From contig CAZALK010000001.1 of the NCBI GenBank assembly GCA_964486045.1, forward strand, positions 680,242 to 744,241: 64,000 bases of DNA, written 5' to 3'. A model generated the notes under the pieces. It worked only from the letters and a program-made list of their open reading frames with translations. It was not told where the DNA came from and made no database searches. The DNA is from an uncultured archaeon (GTDB lineage Archaea > Asgardarchaeota > Lokiarchaeia > Sigyniarchaeales > SOKP01). This document shows positions 40,949-50,166 of the stretch, in pieces (within the stretch, counting starts at the first letter, position 1; every line of letters begins with the position of its first letter). A program made the translations under genes and the position numbers.

Positions 40949-41596
40949 ATGTCAAATGTGGAAATAATTCTTCAAATTATAGGAATAACCATTGGTATGA
41001 TAATTTTAGGTATGGTCTTAAATAAGATATTAGGTTTATCAAAAGTAAAAATTACAGAATTTAGGGAAAAGGCTTCAAATATTCAAGAACGTATGAGAAA
41101 TGCTCAAGTTGTTGGTGATATACGAATGCTAACACAATTACAACGAGAAACAATGCAGTTTACCAAACAAATTATGTTAAAACAATTTGTCCCGTTATGC
41201 GTAAGGTGTGTTATCTTTCTTGGAATCTTCGGTATATTAGGATTTATTTATGCTAACTATAGCGTTGGACTTTTACCGATAAATATTCTATTTTTTGGAA
41301 GTGGATGGGTTGCAGTGTATTTTATTTTTTCTATTAGTTTCTCACTAATCATTTATGGAATGAAAAGGCTTTATAAAAAAATGACAGGGAAGGAAACATC
41401 AAAAAAGGGTAATTTAAGAGAGATGATGGAAATGATCTCTCTTAACCAAAAAAGTTCTGGAATTTCATTTGAAGTTTCTGGAACAGCTTCTTCAAGTCCA
41501 TCTAGAATTACCACTATGAATACTAATCTAACGTCTATTTCAGAAGATGGACTTAGTGAAAAATCTGATACTTGGAAAGATCGGATAGAAAAATAA
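40949..41596 (+). CDS. EMC3/TMCO1/Get1-like (DUF106, Oxa1 superfamily) membrane protein
   Basis: TM1, cytoplasmic coiled coil, TM2, then GW...YF..S TM3. Confidence 0.72.
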   Translation: MSNVEIILQIIGITIGMIILGMVLNKILGLSKVKITEFREKASNIQERMRNAQVVGDIRMLTQLQRETMQFTKQIMLKQFVPLCVRCVIFLGIFGILGFIYANYSVGLLPINILFFGSGWVAVYFIFSISFSLIIYGMKRLYKKMTGKETSKKGNLREMMEMISLNQKSSGISFEVSGTASSSPSRITTMNTNLTSISEDGLSEKSDTWKDRIEK

Positions 41597-41657
41597 TACT
41601 AAAACTTATCTGTTTTTTACTGTTTTCTTGTTTTACTAATATAGAAGGTGAATAATA

Positions 41658-42143
41658 ATAGCAGAAGAAAATAACACTAAGAGACAGATGACTCTCTACT
41701 TTATATTTGCAGCTGTAATGATTGGCTTGAATTATTTAATTCAAAAACTAAATGAATTAGTTGTTACACCATTTATATGCCAAAATCATGGTGAAAATGA
41801 TTTTTTCCATATATTATACTGCTCAACCAATCCTTTTAATATGCCAGAGTTAATAGGATCTATTGTTGCTGTTGGGATTACCTATATTATAAAGTTTTTT
41901 CTAGATAAATATATTGTTTTTAAAAAGAAGGGAACAAAGTTGAAAGAAACTTCGTTAGAATTTATTAAATACTTCGGATTTGCCATATTGACCACAATAG
42001 AGAATATTGGAATTCAGTTCATATTTACAAATTATTTAAATACCCCGTTGGAACTAAGCTTAGTAGTCGCCTTATCTATTGGATATTTGACAAAATTCTT
42101 CATAGATAAAAAATTTGTTTTTATATTTGAGATTAGAGAATAA
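41658..42143 (+). CDS. GtrA-like membrane protein (probable ATA start at 41658; first ATG 41688)
   Basis: KFFLDKYIVF and KFFIDKKFVF duplicated motifs, EFIKYFGFA. Confidence 0.8.
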   Translation: MAEENNTKRQMTLYFIFAAVMIGLNYLIQKLNELVVTPFICQNHGENDFFHILYCSTNPFNMPELIGSIVAVGITYIIKFFLDKYIVFKKKGTKLKETSLEFIKYFGFAILTTIENIGIQFIFTNYLNTPLELSLVVALSIGYLTKFFIDKKFVFIFEIRE

Positions 42144-42178
42144 AAAAATTTAATAGATCGAATAGTGATTTAAAATAT

Positions 42179-43261
42179 ATGTCAGACGACGGAGAAAAAC
42201 ACGAAGAAGAAGAAGAAGACAAATCGATCGTTGACGCATTAAGTACTCTTGGATGGGTAGAAGAGGAGGAAGAAGAAGAAGAAATAACAACAGATGAAAA
42301 TATCTTAGAACAGCTTAATTTCTTCCAAGATGAAAATAAAAACTTAAGAAGTGTTATAAATGAGAAAATAAAAATTATTAGCAGTCTTGAAGCAAAAATA
42401 CAAGAATTGTCAGCTCAACTAAAAAGCAAATCATCACAGAGTGAAGCAACCCAAAAACTCTATGAAATTATTGAAAGTAAAAATGATGAAATTGAACGTT
42501 TAGGTTCTGTCATTAAAGAGGAAGCAGATAAATCTCAAAAGATAATAAAAGATCAACTTCAAAAAATTAAAGATTTGACAACACAAATAGATGAATCCCA
42601 ACCTGATCAGACTGATTTGATTAAAAAAAAAGATGAACAAATAAAAGAATTAAAAGAACAGCTTCAATATCTAGAAAATGATACAATTCAAAAATCAAAG
42701 TTTGAAAAACTTGAAGTTCTTTTGGAAAAAAAGGATGAAATTATAACTGACAAAGAAAAAACCATTTTTAGCTTAGAAAACTCGTTGAAAACAGCCAATC
42801 AAAAAACTCAAGAAATACACCAACAATCTGAAACATTTAACCTAGTAAAAAAAGATCTTGAGAAAAAGTTAGAAAGAAATAAAGAATTAGTGGTTAAAAT
42901 AGAAGAACTAAATCAAAAAAACATTACTAATTTAGAATTAGTCAACCGTCTTGAACAAAATTTAGAAGAAGCTCATAAAAAAACGGGAAATATTACTGGT
43001 AAATTTGAATTAGAATTAGGTAGTCTACGACATTTGCTGGATGGGAAAGACAATGAAATAAAATCATTGAGAGATAAAGCTATTAGTGTAGATACTGAGC
43101 TACATGAATATAAGAAAATCGAAGATAAAATTTTAGGTGATATTCAGGGTATAAAAGATGATAAACTTAAACTCGAATCTGATATTGAAGATCGGAGTAA
43201 GGAAATCATCGAACTGAAGAAGAAGATTAAATTAATGCGAAGAGATATGAAAAAAGCTTAG
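42179..43261 (+). CDS. Long coiled-coil protein with acidic N-terminus
   Basis: Continuous heptads; poly-Glu flanking IVDALSTLGW. Confidence 0.75.
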   Translation: MSDDGEKHEEEEEDKSIVDALSTLGWVEEEEEEEEITTDENILEQLNFFQDENKNLRSVINEKIKIISSLEAKIQELSAQLKSKSSQSEATQKLYEIIESKNDEIERLGSVIKEEADKSQKIIKDQLQKIKDLTTQIDESQPDQTDLIKKKDEQIKELKEQLQYLENDTIQKSKFEKLEVLLEKKDEIITDKEKTIFSLENSLKTANQKTQEIHQQSETFNLVKKDLEKKLERNKELVVKIEELNQKNITNLELVNRLEQNLEEAHKKTGNITGKFELELGSLRHLLDGKDNEIKSLRDKAISVDTELHEYKKIEDKILGDIQGIKDDKLKLESDIEDRSKEIIELKKKIKLMRRDMKKA

Positions 43262-43422
43262 ATCAGAAAAATTTCCTTCAAATTTGTTACTAAACCATTA
43301 ATTTTTCATTTAATCATCAAATAGACACAGTTTTAAGAGAAATCTAAGGTTTTCTTCTAAACATAAATCTTTTTATATTTTAGTATCTTCATTTTTATCT
43401 AATTATTATGCAAAAGTGAATA

Positions 43423-45777
43423 ATGATGAAGAGAAAAGAACATAAAATCTTAATATTAACTTATCTTAGTCTATTTTTGTTTCTCATATTCTTAACATCA
43501 AGTATGGGGGATGTGATAAACGACCCTAAAGATGTGTCTTCCAACGAAATTATAAATTATGAAAATAACTTAAAGAATTTGAAGAATTCTGGGTATTGGA
43601 CTTTAAATAATATTACTATTGATGACTTACTTTCTGGTGTGGGGGCTAGAAACTGGACTTGGGCTGCTACTCAACCTTGGTGTAGCGGAACGGGCACTTT
43701 GGGAGATCCATATATAATCGAAAACGTAACTATTAAAAATTCGAATACGGGAATTTTCATTAGAGATTCAACTAAATATTTTGTAATTCAAAATGTTACA
43801 ATTTTCAATGTAACTATATCTGGAATAAGATTAAATAATGTAACCAATGGTGTGTTATTTGATAACAATATTTCGTCCAACGATATTTATGGGATATATT
43901 TAACTGGGAGCAAATATAATCTCATTAAAGAAAATTTTATATCTAACAATACAAATAATGGGATATTGCTAACGAACTTAAGCAATAACAACACTATCAA
44001 AGAAAATATAATAAAAAATAATACACAGCATGGCATTTCCTTAGAAGAGAGCAGTGGAAATTTAATCAAAGGAAATACGGTAAATAATAGCACAGTGATG
44101 GGAATTTCAATAGCTTTACAAAGTAATAATAATACGATCTCAGAAAATATTGTTAACAACGGCTTATGGGATGGAATATACCTTGAAAGTAGCGTTAGTA
44201 ACATGGTTTTAGGAAATAATGCAACTAACAACAGTGGAGATGGAATTTATTTATCAGGTGCAAGCTACGATACAACTGTAAAAGAAAATAAATTAAATCT
44301 CAATAACATGGGAATTCATCTTATGAATAATGTTAATAATACTATAAAGGACAATACAATAAATAATTCCACTTACGATGGGATATTCTTAGTAAACTGT
44401 GATTTTACAAAAATTTTAGGTAATCTGGTGAATAATAATAAGGATAATGGGATGAGTTTAGTGAATAGTACCAACAATTTCCTTGAAGATAATTTCATAA
44501 ATAACAATCAAGGAGATGGTATTTTGCTAATGTCATCAAGTCATAACAACACAATTAAGGCAAATAGAATAATTGACAGTAATGTCGGGATTGATACAGC
44601 AGATAGTGATGGAAATGCTATTATTGAAAATACAGTAAATGGTTCTTTATACTCGGGGATAAGTGTATACCTTGGTAATTTCATAAAAGTCATAGGAAAT
44701 ATTGTTTATAATAATACTCAGGATGGGATATACACGGATAGTATTTATAATAGTACAATAGCTGAAAACACAGTTTATAATAATTTAAGGCATGGAATAT
44801 ATCTCACCGAAGAGAATATTAATAATAACGTGACAAGAAACATCATTAGTGACAATGCAATGAACGGTATAGATCTTAGTAGTATATTCAACATTGATAA
44901 CCTAATTTGGAAAAATATTCTCATTAGAAATGGAAAACACGCTATGGATGCTGGAAGTAATAACAATTGGAATAGCACGACAATTGGTAACTATTGGGAT
45001 AATCATACTGGTCCAGACACAACCCCAAATGATGGAATTGTAGATGCGCAATACAATATAAGTGGACCAGCAGGAAGCATCGATTATTTACCGATTGCTG
45101 ATGATGGTGCGCCACGGATAACGATTAACACTCCTTCTGGAGGAGATGCATTTGGTAGCAGTGCTCCCTCTTTCGATGTGACAATCATTGACAATTTTTT
45201 GGATGAAATGTGGTATAGCGTAGATGGTGGTTTAAACAATTACACATTTACCACAAATGGAATTATTGAACAAGCGGCTTGGGGTGCTATTTCTGATGGT
45301 GCTTTAACACTTGCATTTTACGCTAGAGACATACTTGGAAATATTGGCTCTGCTGATGTCATCATAGAAAAGGATACTCAAGCACCGATAATCACTATAA
45401 ATTCACCTAATCCGGGAGAGATATTTAGTAACGATGCCCCTTCTTATAATGTGACAGTCACTGATCCCAATTTGGACTCTGTATGGCTTGAGCTAGATGG
45501 ATCGAATTACGAATTGAGTATTCCAATTATCGGAACAATTAACCAAACAGCCTGGGCAGCTTTACCTGAAGGAAGTTATACAATAACTTTGCACGCAAAT
45601 GATACGTTGGGCCATTCTACTTCTGAAGCTGTCACAATAACGAAGATTGTCCCATCTGGAGGAGGGATTGGGTTGGATTATTTCATGACCAGTTTCCTTA
45701 TCTTTATAACTGGTGGAATTGGTGTTATAGTTATAATAGCGAAAATATATACTAAAAGACGCGTAAAATCCTCTTAA
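43423..45777 (+). CDS. Surface protein: parallel beta-helix (NosD/CASH-like) repeats, Ig-like domains, C-terminal TM anchor
   Basis: Signal peptide, GTGTLGDPYIIEN, GIYL..S..N.I..N repeats, GNYWD, two P.ITINSP Ig modules, TM plus basic tail. Confidence 0.88.
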   Translation: MMKRKEHKILILTYLSLFLFLIFLTSSMGDVINDPKDVSSNEIINYENNLKNLKNSGYWTLNNITIDDLLSGVGARNWTWAATQPWCSGTGTLGDPYIIENVTIKNSNTGIFIRDSTKYFVIQNVTIFNVTISGIRLNNVTNGVLFDNNISSNDIYGIYLTGSKYNLIKENFISNNTNNGILLTNLSNNNTIKENIIKNNTQHGISLEESSGNLIKGNTVNNSTVMGISIALQSNNNTISENIVNNGLWDGIYLESSVSNMVLGNNATNNSGDGIYLSGASYDTTVKENKLNLNNMGIHLMNNVNNTIKDNTINNSTYDGIFLVNCDFTKILGNLVNNNKDNGMSLVNSTNNFLEDNFINNNQGDGILLMSSSHNNTIKANRIIDSNVGIDTADSDGNAIIENTVNGSLYSGISVYLGNFIKVIGNIVYNNTQDGIYTDSIYNSTIAENTVYNNLRHGIYLTEENINNNVTRNIISDNAMNGIDLSSIFNIDNLIWKNILIRNGKHAMDAGSNNNWNSTTIGNYWDNHTGPDTTPNDGIVDAQYNISGPAGSIDYLPIADDGAPRITINTPSGGDAFGSSAPSFDVTIIDNFLDEMWYSVDGGLNNYTFTTNGIIEQAAWGAISDGALTLAFYARDILGNIGSADVIIEKDTQAPIITINSPNPGEIFSNDAPSYNVTVTDPNLDSVWLELDGSNYELSIPIIGTINQTAWAALPEGSYTITLHANDTLGHSTSEAVTITKIVPSGGGIGLDYFMTSFLIFITGGIGVIVIIAKIYTKRRVKSS

Positions 45778-45950
45778 AATTAAATTCTCCCTTTTTTATT
45801 TTTTTAATTTTTAATTTTTTTTTATCTAGAAAAAGTGGTGTGTAGAGATATGAAAAAAGCTTAGATCAAAATAGCTGCCTTCGAATTTTTAACTAAATCA
45901 TTAAAAAAAGATAAAAATAAATATGAATGATTATTTTTAGATAGTTGGCT

Positions 45951-47066
45951 CTATCTTTCGCGCCACATGCAAGAACACATACCACATTGGAATTTTTTTC
46001 CATATACACGCGGGTAATCGAGTATGATATTTGATTTGTCAACACTCTCATGGATCATCTTGTGATCATCATTTTCACACTCAGGACACTTACGTCTCCC
46101 CTCTGTTATCTCCACAGTTAGTATTGAAGTATCTAAGCTACCAGGTCTTCCCGGGGCTGCACCGGAGGCTTTTACTTTTGAGATGTCAGCACTAATATCT
46201 TCTGGAGTTACTTTTTTAACTTCAGGTTTAGTTTCTACTGGAGTTACTTTTTTAACTTCAGGTTTAGTTTCTACTGGAGTTACTTTTTTAACTTCAGGTT
46301 TTGATTCTACTGGAGTTACTTCTTTAACTTCAGATTTAAATTCAGGTTGGATTGCTTTTGCTACTCTATCATCTGCATCTTCTCCTTCTAAAACAGACTC
46401 AGCTTTTAATTGAACCGCATCAGATTCTTTATATTCTTCACCTCTAGCTAAAGCGGTAAAAAATTCTGCGTCATCACCCTCTTCAAAGATTGTTTCTTGC
46501 TGTAACCCGGCCCTATCAGCATCTATAGATCTAGCCCATTGGCCAGCTTTAACTTTCTCTTTAGTAGTACATGCTTTTCCCTGCCAAATAAATACTTTAT
46601 TTCCTAAATCAGCAACAAAACAATCTTCTGATTCTAATGAGTTTTTGGAATAGGGAACTTGAATCATTTTCATGGCGTTAATATCCTCAAATTCTTCAGA
46701 TGATACACGGTACAATATATTTCGCCATTCATTAAACCCGGCCCAATCTCCGGTGCTGACATCTATAAGTAATGTCTTTGCATAATTTTTTTCCACGATT
46801 TTCATAGCTCCCATAGGAGAGATAAGCTTAAGAAATTCTTTAGTCTCAAAACCTTGGTCTACGGTAATAATTTTTGCGGCACCCCCACGTTGTTGGTCTA
46901 ATGTTCTCGCTTGAGCAGCTCCAGAAGTCTTTTCATCTACTGAGCATTTATTGCCAATCCAAACAAAAATTGTTCTATCGTCATCTACCAGATAAACGTC
47001 TCCAGAGCTAAAAATTGGTTTTTTTATTTCTTTTAATTCGCCTTTGTCAATTAGAAATAGTTTCAT
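45951..47066 (-). CDS. Two-domain gelsolin-like protein with repeat linker and C-terminal zinc ribbon
   Basis: SGDVYLVD...IFVWIG..C...EK and SLESEDCFVADLG.KVFIWQGK gelsolin motifs; CPEC...CGMC. Confidence 0.9.
   Translation of the reverse strand: MKLFLIDKGELKEIKKPIFSSGDVYLVDDDRTIFVWIGNKCSVDEKTSGAAQARTLDQQRGGAAKIITVDQGFETKEFLKLISPMGAMKIVEKNYAKTLLIDVSTGDWAGFNEWRNILYRVSSEEFEDINAMKMIQVPYSKNSLESEDCFVADLGNKVFIWQGKACTTKEKVKAGQWARSIDADRAGLQQETIFEEGDDAEFFTALARGEEYKESDAVQLKAESVLEGEDADDRVAKAIQPEFKSEVKEVTPVESKPEVKKVTPVETKPEVKKVTPVETKPEVKKVTPEDISADISKVKASGAAPGRPGSLDTSILTVEITEGRRKCPECENDDHKMIHESVDKSNIILDYPRVYGKKFQCGMCSCMWRER
46201..46332 (-). repeat. 36-bp coding tandem repeat (KPEVKKVTPVET, about 4 copies)
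   Basis: ctggagttacttttttaacttcaggtttagtttcta repeated. Confidence 0.93.
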
Positions 47067-47166
47067 ACCAAATTTTCACTTTTATAATTTTTTTTAAAAT
47101 TTTATTTTTAAATAGATTATAATAAAAGGTTTATAAAAATTTGTGTAATAAAATGAAAAAATTATT

Positions 47167-48555
47167 CTAAAAATCATTCAGAGCATGGTTTATTCTTTTT
47201 ATTAATTCTGGGATCTTCGGAAGATCTATTGAACAATAAGCAATGCGAATACCATTTATTTGTTCATCTAATTTTTCGATGGGTATTACTCCTACTTTAT
47301 ATTTTCTTAAAAGGTGATCTCCGAATTCTTTAGCCTTTATTTTAGCTGGATTCAAATTTAAAAACAGAAAAAAACCTCCTGAATTAGGATCGATTGAAAT
47401 GTTAGGATCATCAATTTTCGCAAGTTCTGAATTTATTTTTTCATACCTCTTCTGAAGTAAATCTTTCACTTTTTCTCTTGAGATGAGTATTTTTTCAATA
47501 CCATTTTCATTAAATAATTTTTGAGTTAGAGCTTGGTAAAAATGGTTACAATTTGAAATTGTAGCTCGAGTAAATCCTTCTAATTTGTTGTTTATCTCAT
47601 CTTTCAAAATTTCTAGTTCTTGATCATTATCTACCCAGTTTGATTTTAATCCTAAGGTAATGAAGCCAATCCTTCCTCCGTACATCAAGAGTTCTTTTGT
47701 GATACCATCCAGTTTTATTGGGATGACATCCTCTTCCAATTGAAGTAAATCATAGAAAATTGATCGATTTAAAGAATCCTTGTTATAGACATAGGGTTCA
47801 TATGCATCATCAACTATGACGATTGTTGGTTTATTATGTTTTTTCTGTTGTTTTTGGAGAAGAGACACAATTTCTTTACCTTCTTCCTTTGAGGGAACAT
47901 ATCCCGTAGGATTATTTGGAAAATTTAAAATTATAATAATCTTGTCTTGAACTCTTGCAAGTTCATTTATGGCAAGTTCCAAGCTGTCAAGATTAATTTT
48001 TTTTTCTTTGAAAAAGCTAAATGACTTTATCTTAGCATCTATGAATTTCTCAATAATATTATCATAATTTCCCCATCTCTTATTTGGAGCTATAATAAAT
48101 TCACCCGGATTAAGGAATAAAGAACTACATTGGAAAATTCCGTTTGTAATACCGGCAGTGATTATCGGTGTTGTAATCAGTTTTTCTAATTTATCCATCA
48201 AACTCTTTTCCGTTATTTCATCATATTGAGATTTTTTGATTACCCAATTCTTCCAAATTTCTCGAGTTTCATTTAGGCCCCCAATTGACGCATAAGGAAC
48301 AATTTTTTTAATATCTAAACTAGAATATTCTGAGATTTCATTAAGGTAGCATGGCATCCAATCAGAGCCTCCTCCATCAACAAAATCTCTTTCAAATCCA
48401 AATGCGGAGCCTATTGTACCAATTAATTCTGCTTCCTTTTTTGCTCTTCCAGACCAGTAGAAAATCCCATCCGGTAAAAATATTCTTTTTCCTAATTCTG
48501 ATAAAGCGCTATATAAAGGTGTATTTTGAAGATATTTAAATTCCATAACATTCAC
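47167..48555 (-). CDS. PLP-dependent aminotransferase class I/II
   Basis: NFPNNPTG, DDAY, DGITKE (PLP lysine), G.RIG, IRIAY. Confidence 0.9.
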   Translation of the reverse strand: MNVMEFKYLQNTPLYSALSELGKRIFLPDGIFYWSGRAKKEAELIGTIGSAFGFERDFVDGGGSDWMPCYLNEISEYSSLDIKKIVPYASIGGLNETREIWKNWVIKKSQYDEITEKSLMDKLEKLITTPIITAGITNGIFQCSSLFLNPGEFIIAPNKRWGNYDNIIEKFIDAKIKSFSFFKEKKINLDSLELAINELARVQDKIIIILNFPNNPTGYVPSKEEGKEIVSLLQKQQKKHNKPTIVIVDDAYEPYVYNKDSLNRSIFYDLLQLEEDVIPIKLDGITKELLMYGGRIGFITLGLKSNWVDNDQELEILKDEINNKLEGFTRATISNCNHFYQALTQKLFNENGIEKILISREKVKDLLQKRYEKINSELAKIDDPNISIDPNSGGFFLFLNLNPAKIKAKEFGDHLLRKYKVGVIPIEKLDEQINGIRIAYCSIDLPKIPELIKRINHALNDF

Positions 48556-48659
48556 ATTACTTATTTAGAGTGTGATTTAAAACTTCTCTAATATTAAATA
48601 AGGATTATAAATGAAATTAATTTACTCAATTTAAATACTAAAATTATTAAAGAAAAAAT

Positions 48660-49130
48660 ATGACCGAAGATGAAAATTTAAAGGAATCAGGAAAAAAAGA
48701 ACCCAGTGAAAAACCATTCCAAAAGGGATGGAATAGTTTTGTTAATGGAATTAAAAGCGGGTTTGATCAATTTCAAAAATCTATTGAAGACCAATCTAAG
48801 AAGAATAAAGAAGGATGGAAAGAAAATAAAGTGAAGTTCAATAAATTCTTTAAAGACGCTGAACAAGATTGGGATACTAAAATTAAAGAATGGAACACCG
48901 ATATGGAGAAAAGGAAAATAGAATCAAAGGAACAATGGGAAGCACATAAAAGTAAAGTAACTCAAGACTTTAAAGATTGGCAAGAAAATACCAAGAAAGA
49001 CTGGAAGAATGGGGTTTCCACATTTAAGAAAGGATTTTTTAAAGCGTATATATGGTTTTGGGCATTGACACTCCCTATTCTTATCGTTGTAATTATTGTT
49101 ATAGTACTTGTAGTTGGCCTATTACCTTAA
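48660..49130 (+). CDS. Tail-anchored protein with Trp/Phe-periodic amphipathic helices
   Basis: Charged helical body with regularly spaced W/F; single C-terminal TM. Confidence 0.7.
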   Translation: MTEDENLKESGKKEPSEKPFQKGWNSFVNGIKSGFDQFQKSIEDQSKKNKEGWKENKVKFNKFFKDAEQDWDTKIKEWNTDMEKRKIESKEQWEAHKSKVTQDFKDWQENTKKDWKNGVSTFKKGFFKAYIWFWALTLPILIVVIIVIVLVVGLLP

Positions 49131-49156
49131 TATTAAGGATAAAAATTTACAAGATA

Positions 49157-49816
49157 ATGCTTGATATATTCCTCTTTTCTTTTTTAGTTGCTTTAAGCGG
49201 AGCTTTGACACCAGGACCTCTTCTAACCTTTACTTTATATAAATCTCTAAAACAAAAAAAAGGATATCTTGCTGGAATCTTCATAATTTTAGGCCATGCT
49301 ACAATAGAATTTGTATTAATTCTTGTACTGCTTGCAGGTGCATCATTATTATTTCAGAACCTAATTTTTTTAACAATAATCGGAATTATAGGAGGAATAT
49401 TTCTGATAATTTTTGGGTTATTGGTTGTTAGAAATGCAACCAAGGTGGATCCTAATGTAGATTTCAATCTCAAAGATGACGACTTAAAAGGATATAAGGG
49501 TAACAGTTATATAGGTGGTATTATCGTTAGTTTAAGTAACCCATATTGGACATTCTGGTGGGCCGTTATCGGATTAGGATTTTTAGTTAACTTTAACATT
49601 ACTTTCGCAACTCCAATTGGACTCTTACTTTTCTTTTTGGGACATGAATTAGGAGATATAATTTGGTATATCCCTATCTCAACATTTATATATCTTGGAG
49701 GGAAGTCTTTAAATCCTAAAATCTATAAATATGTTTTAATAGTTTGCGCAGGATTTATGATAATTTTCGGAATGTATTTAATTCTAAATATTCTTTTATC
49801 TCCTCCTCAAGTATGA
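49157..49816 (+). CDS. LysE family transporter
   Basis: SGALTPGPL, GHA..E, SLSNPY...WW; start set to ATG 49157. Confidence 0.9.
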   Translation: MLDIFLFSFLVALSGALTPGPLLTFTLYKSLKQKKGYLAGIFIILGHATIEFVLILVLLAGASLLFQNLIFLTIIGIIGGIFLIIFGLLVVRNATKVDPNVDFNLKDDDLKGYKGNSYIGGIIVSLSNPYWTFWWAVIGLGFLVNFNITFATPIGLLLFFLGHELGDIIWYIPISTFIYLGGKSLNPKIYKYVLIVCAGFMIIFGMYLILNILLSPPQV

Positions 49817-49914
49817 TCCTAATAATATTTAGATATATTAGCTCTCCTATTTTCTAGTATCCAAATATTATAACTTATTTTAGGTTTTTTTTGATTTTTA
49901 AGAAAGAGGATATT

Positions 49915-50165
49915 ATGAATAGTGAAACCCGGGCAATATAATCCGTAAACTTTTAACTATTTGTCCAGTATGTCAAAAAAGAATCTATGGTAGGGATATT
50001 GACATCCTAAAAATTGATACATCTAAGGTTAATCATTGGCCCTTAAGATATATCCACTGTCACACTAATAATAATGTTCCATTCCACGCTTTAACTATTT
50101 TTTTAGATAATAATTTTAGCGTACGTGGGAACGAAGTATCGAATTTTATAAAAATAGAAAATTAG
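49915..50165 (+). pseudogene. Unlisted small Zn-binding protein gene with an N-terminal frameshift
   Basis: Frame 49926-50165 reads NPGNIIRKLLTICPVCQKR...IHCH...FHALTIFLDNNFSVRGNEVS; SD GAGGA plus ATG 49915 is one nt out of frame. Confidence 0.7.
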
Positions 50166-50166
50166 C

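Noticed and set aside
49052-49156. Extended LysE start
   Set aside because: Overlaps the upstream gene; the family N-terminus begins at ATG 49157.
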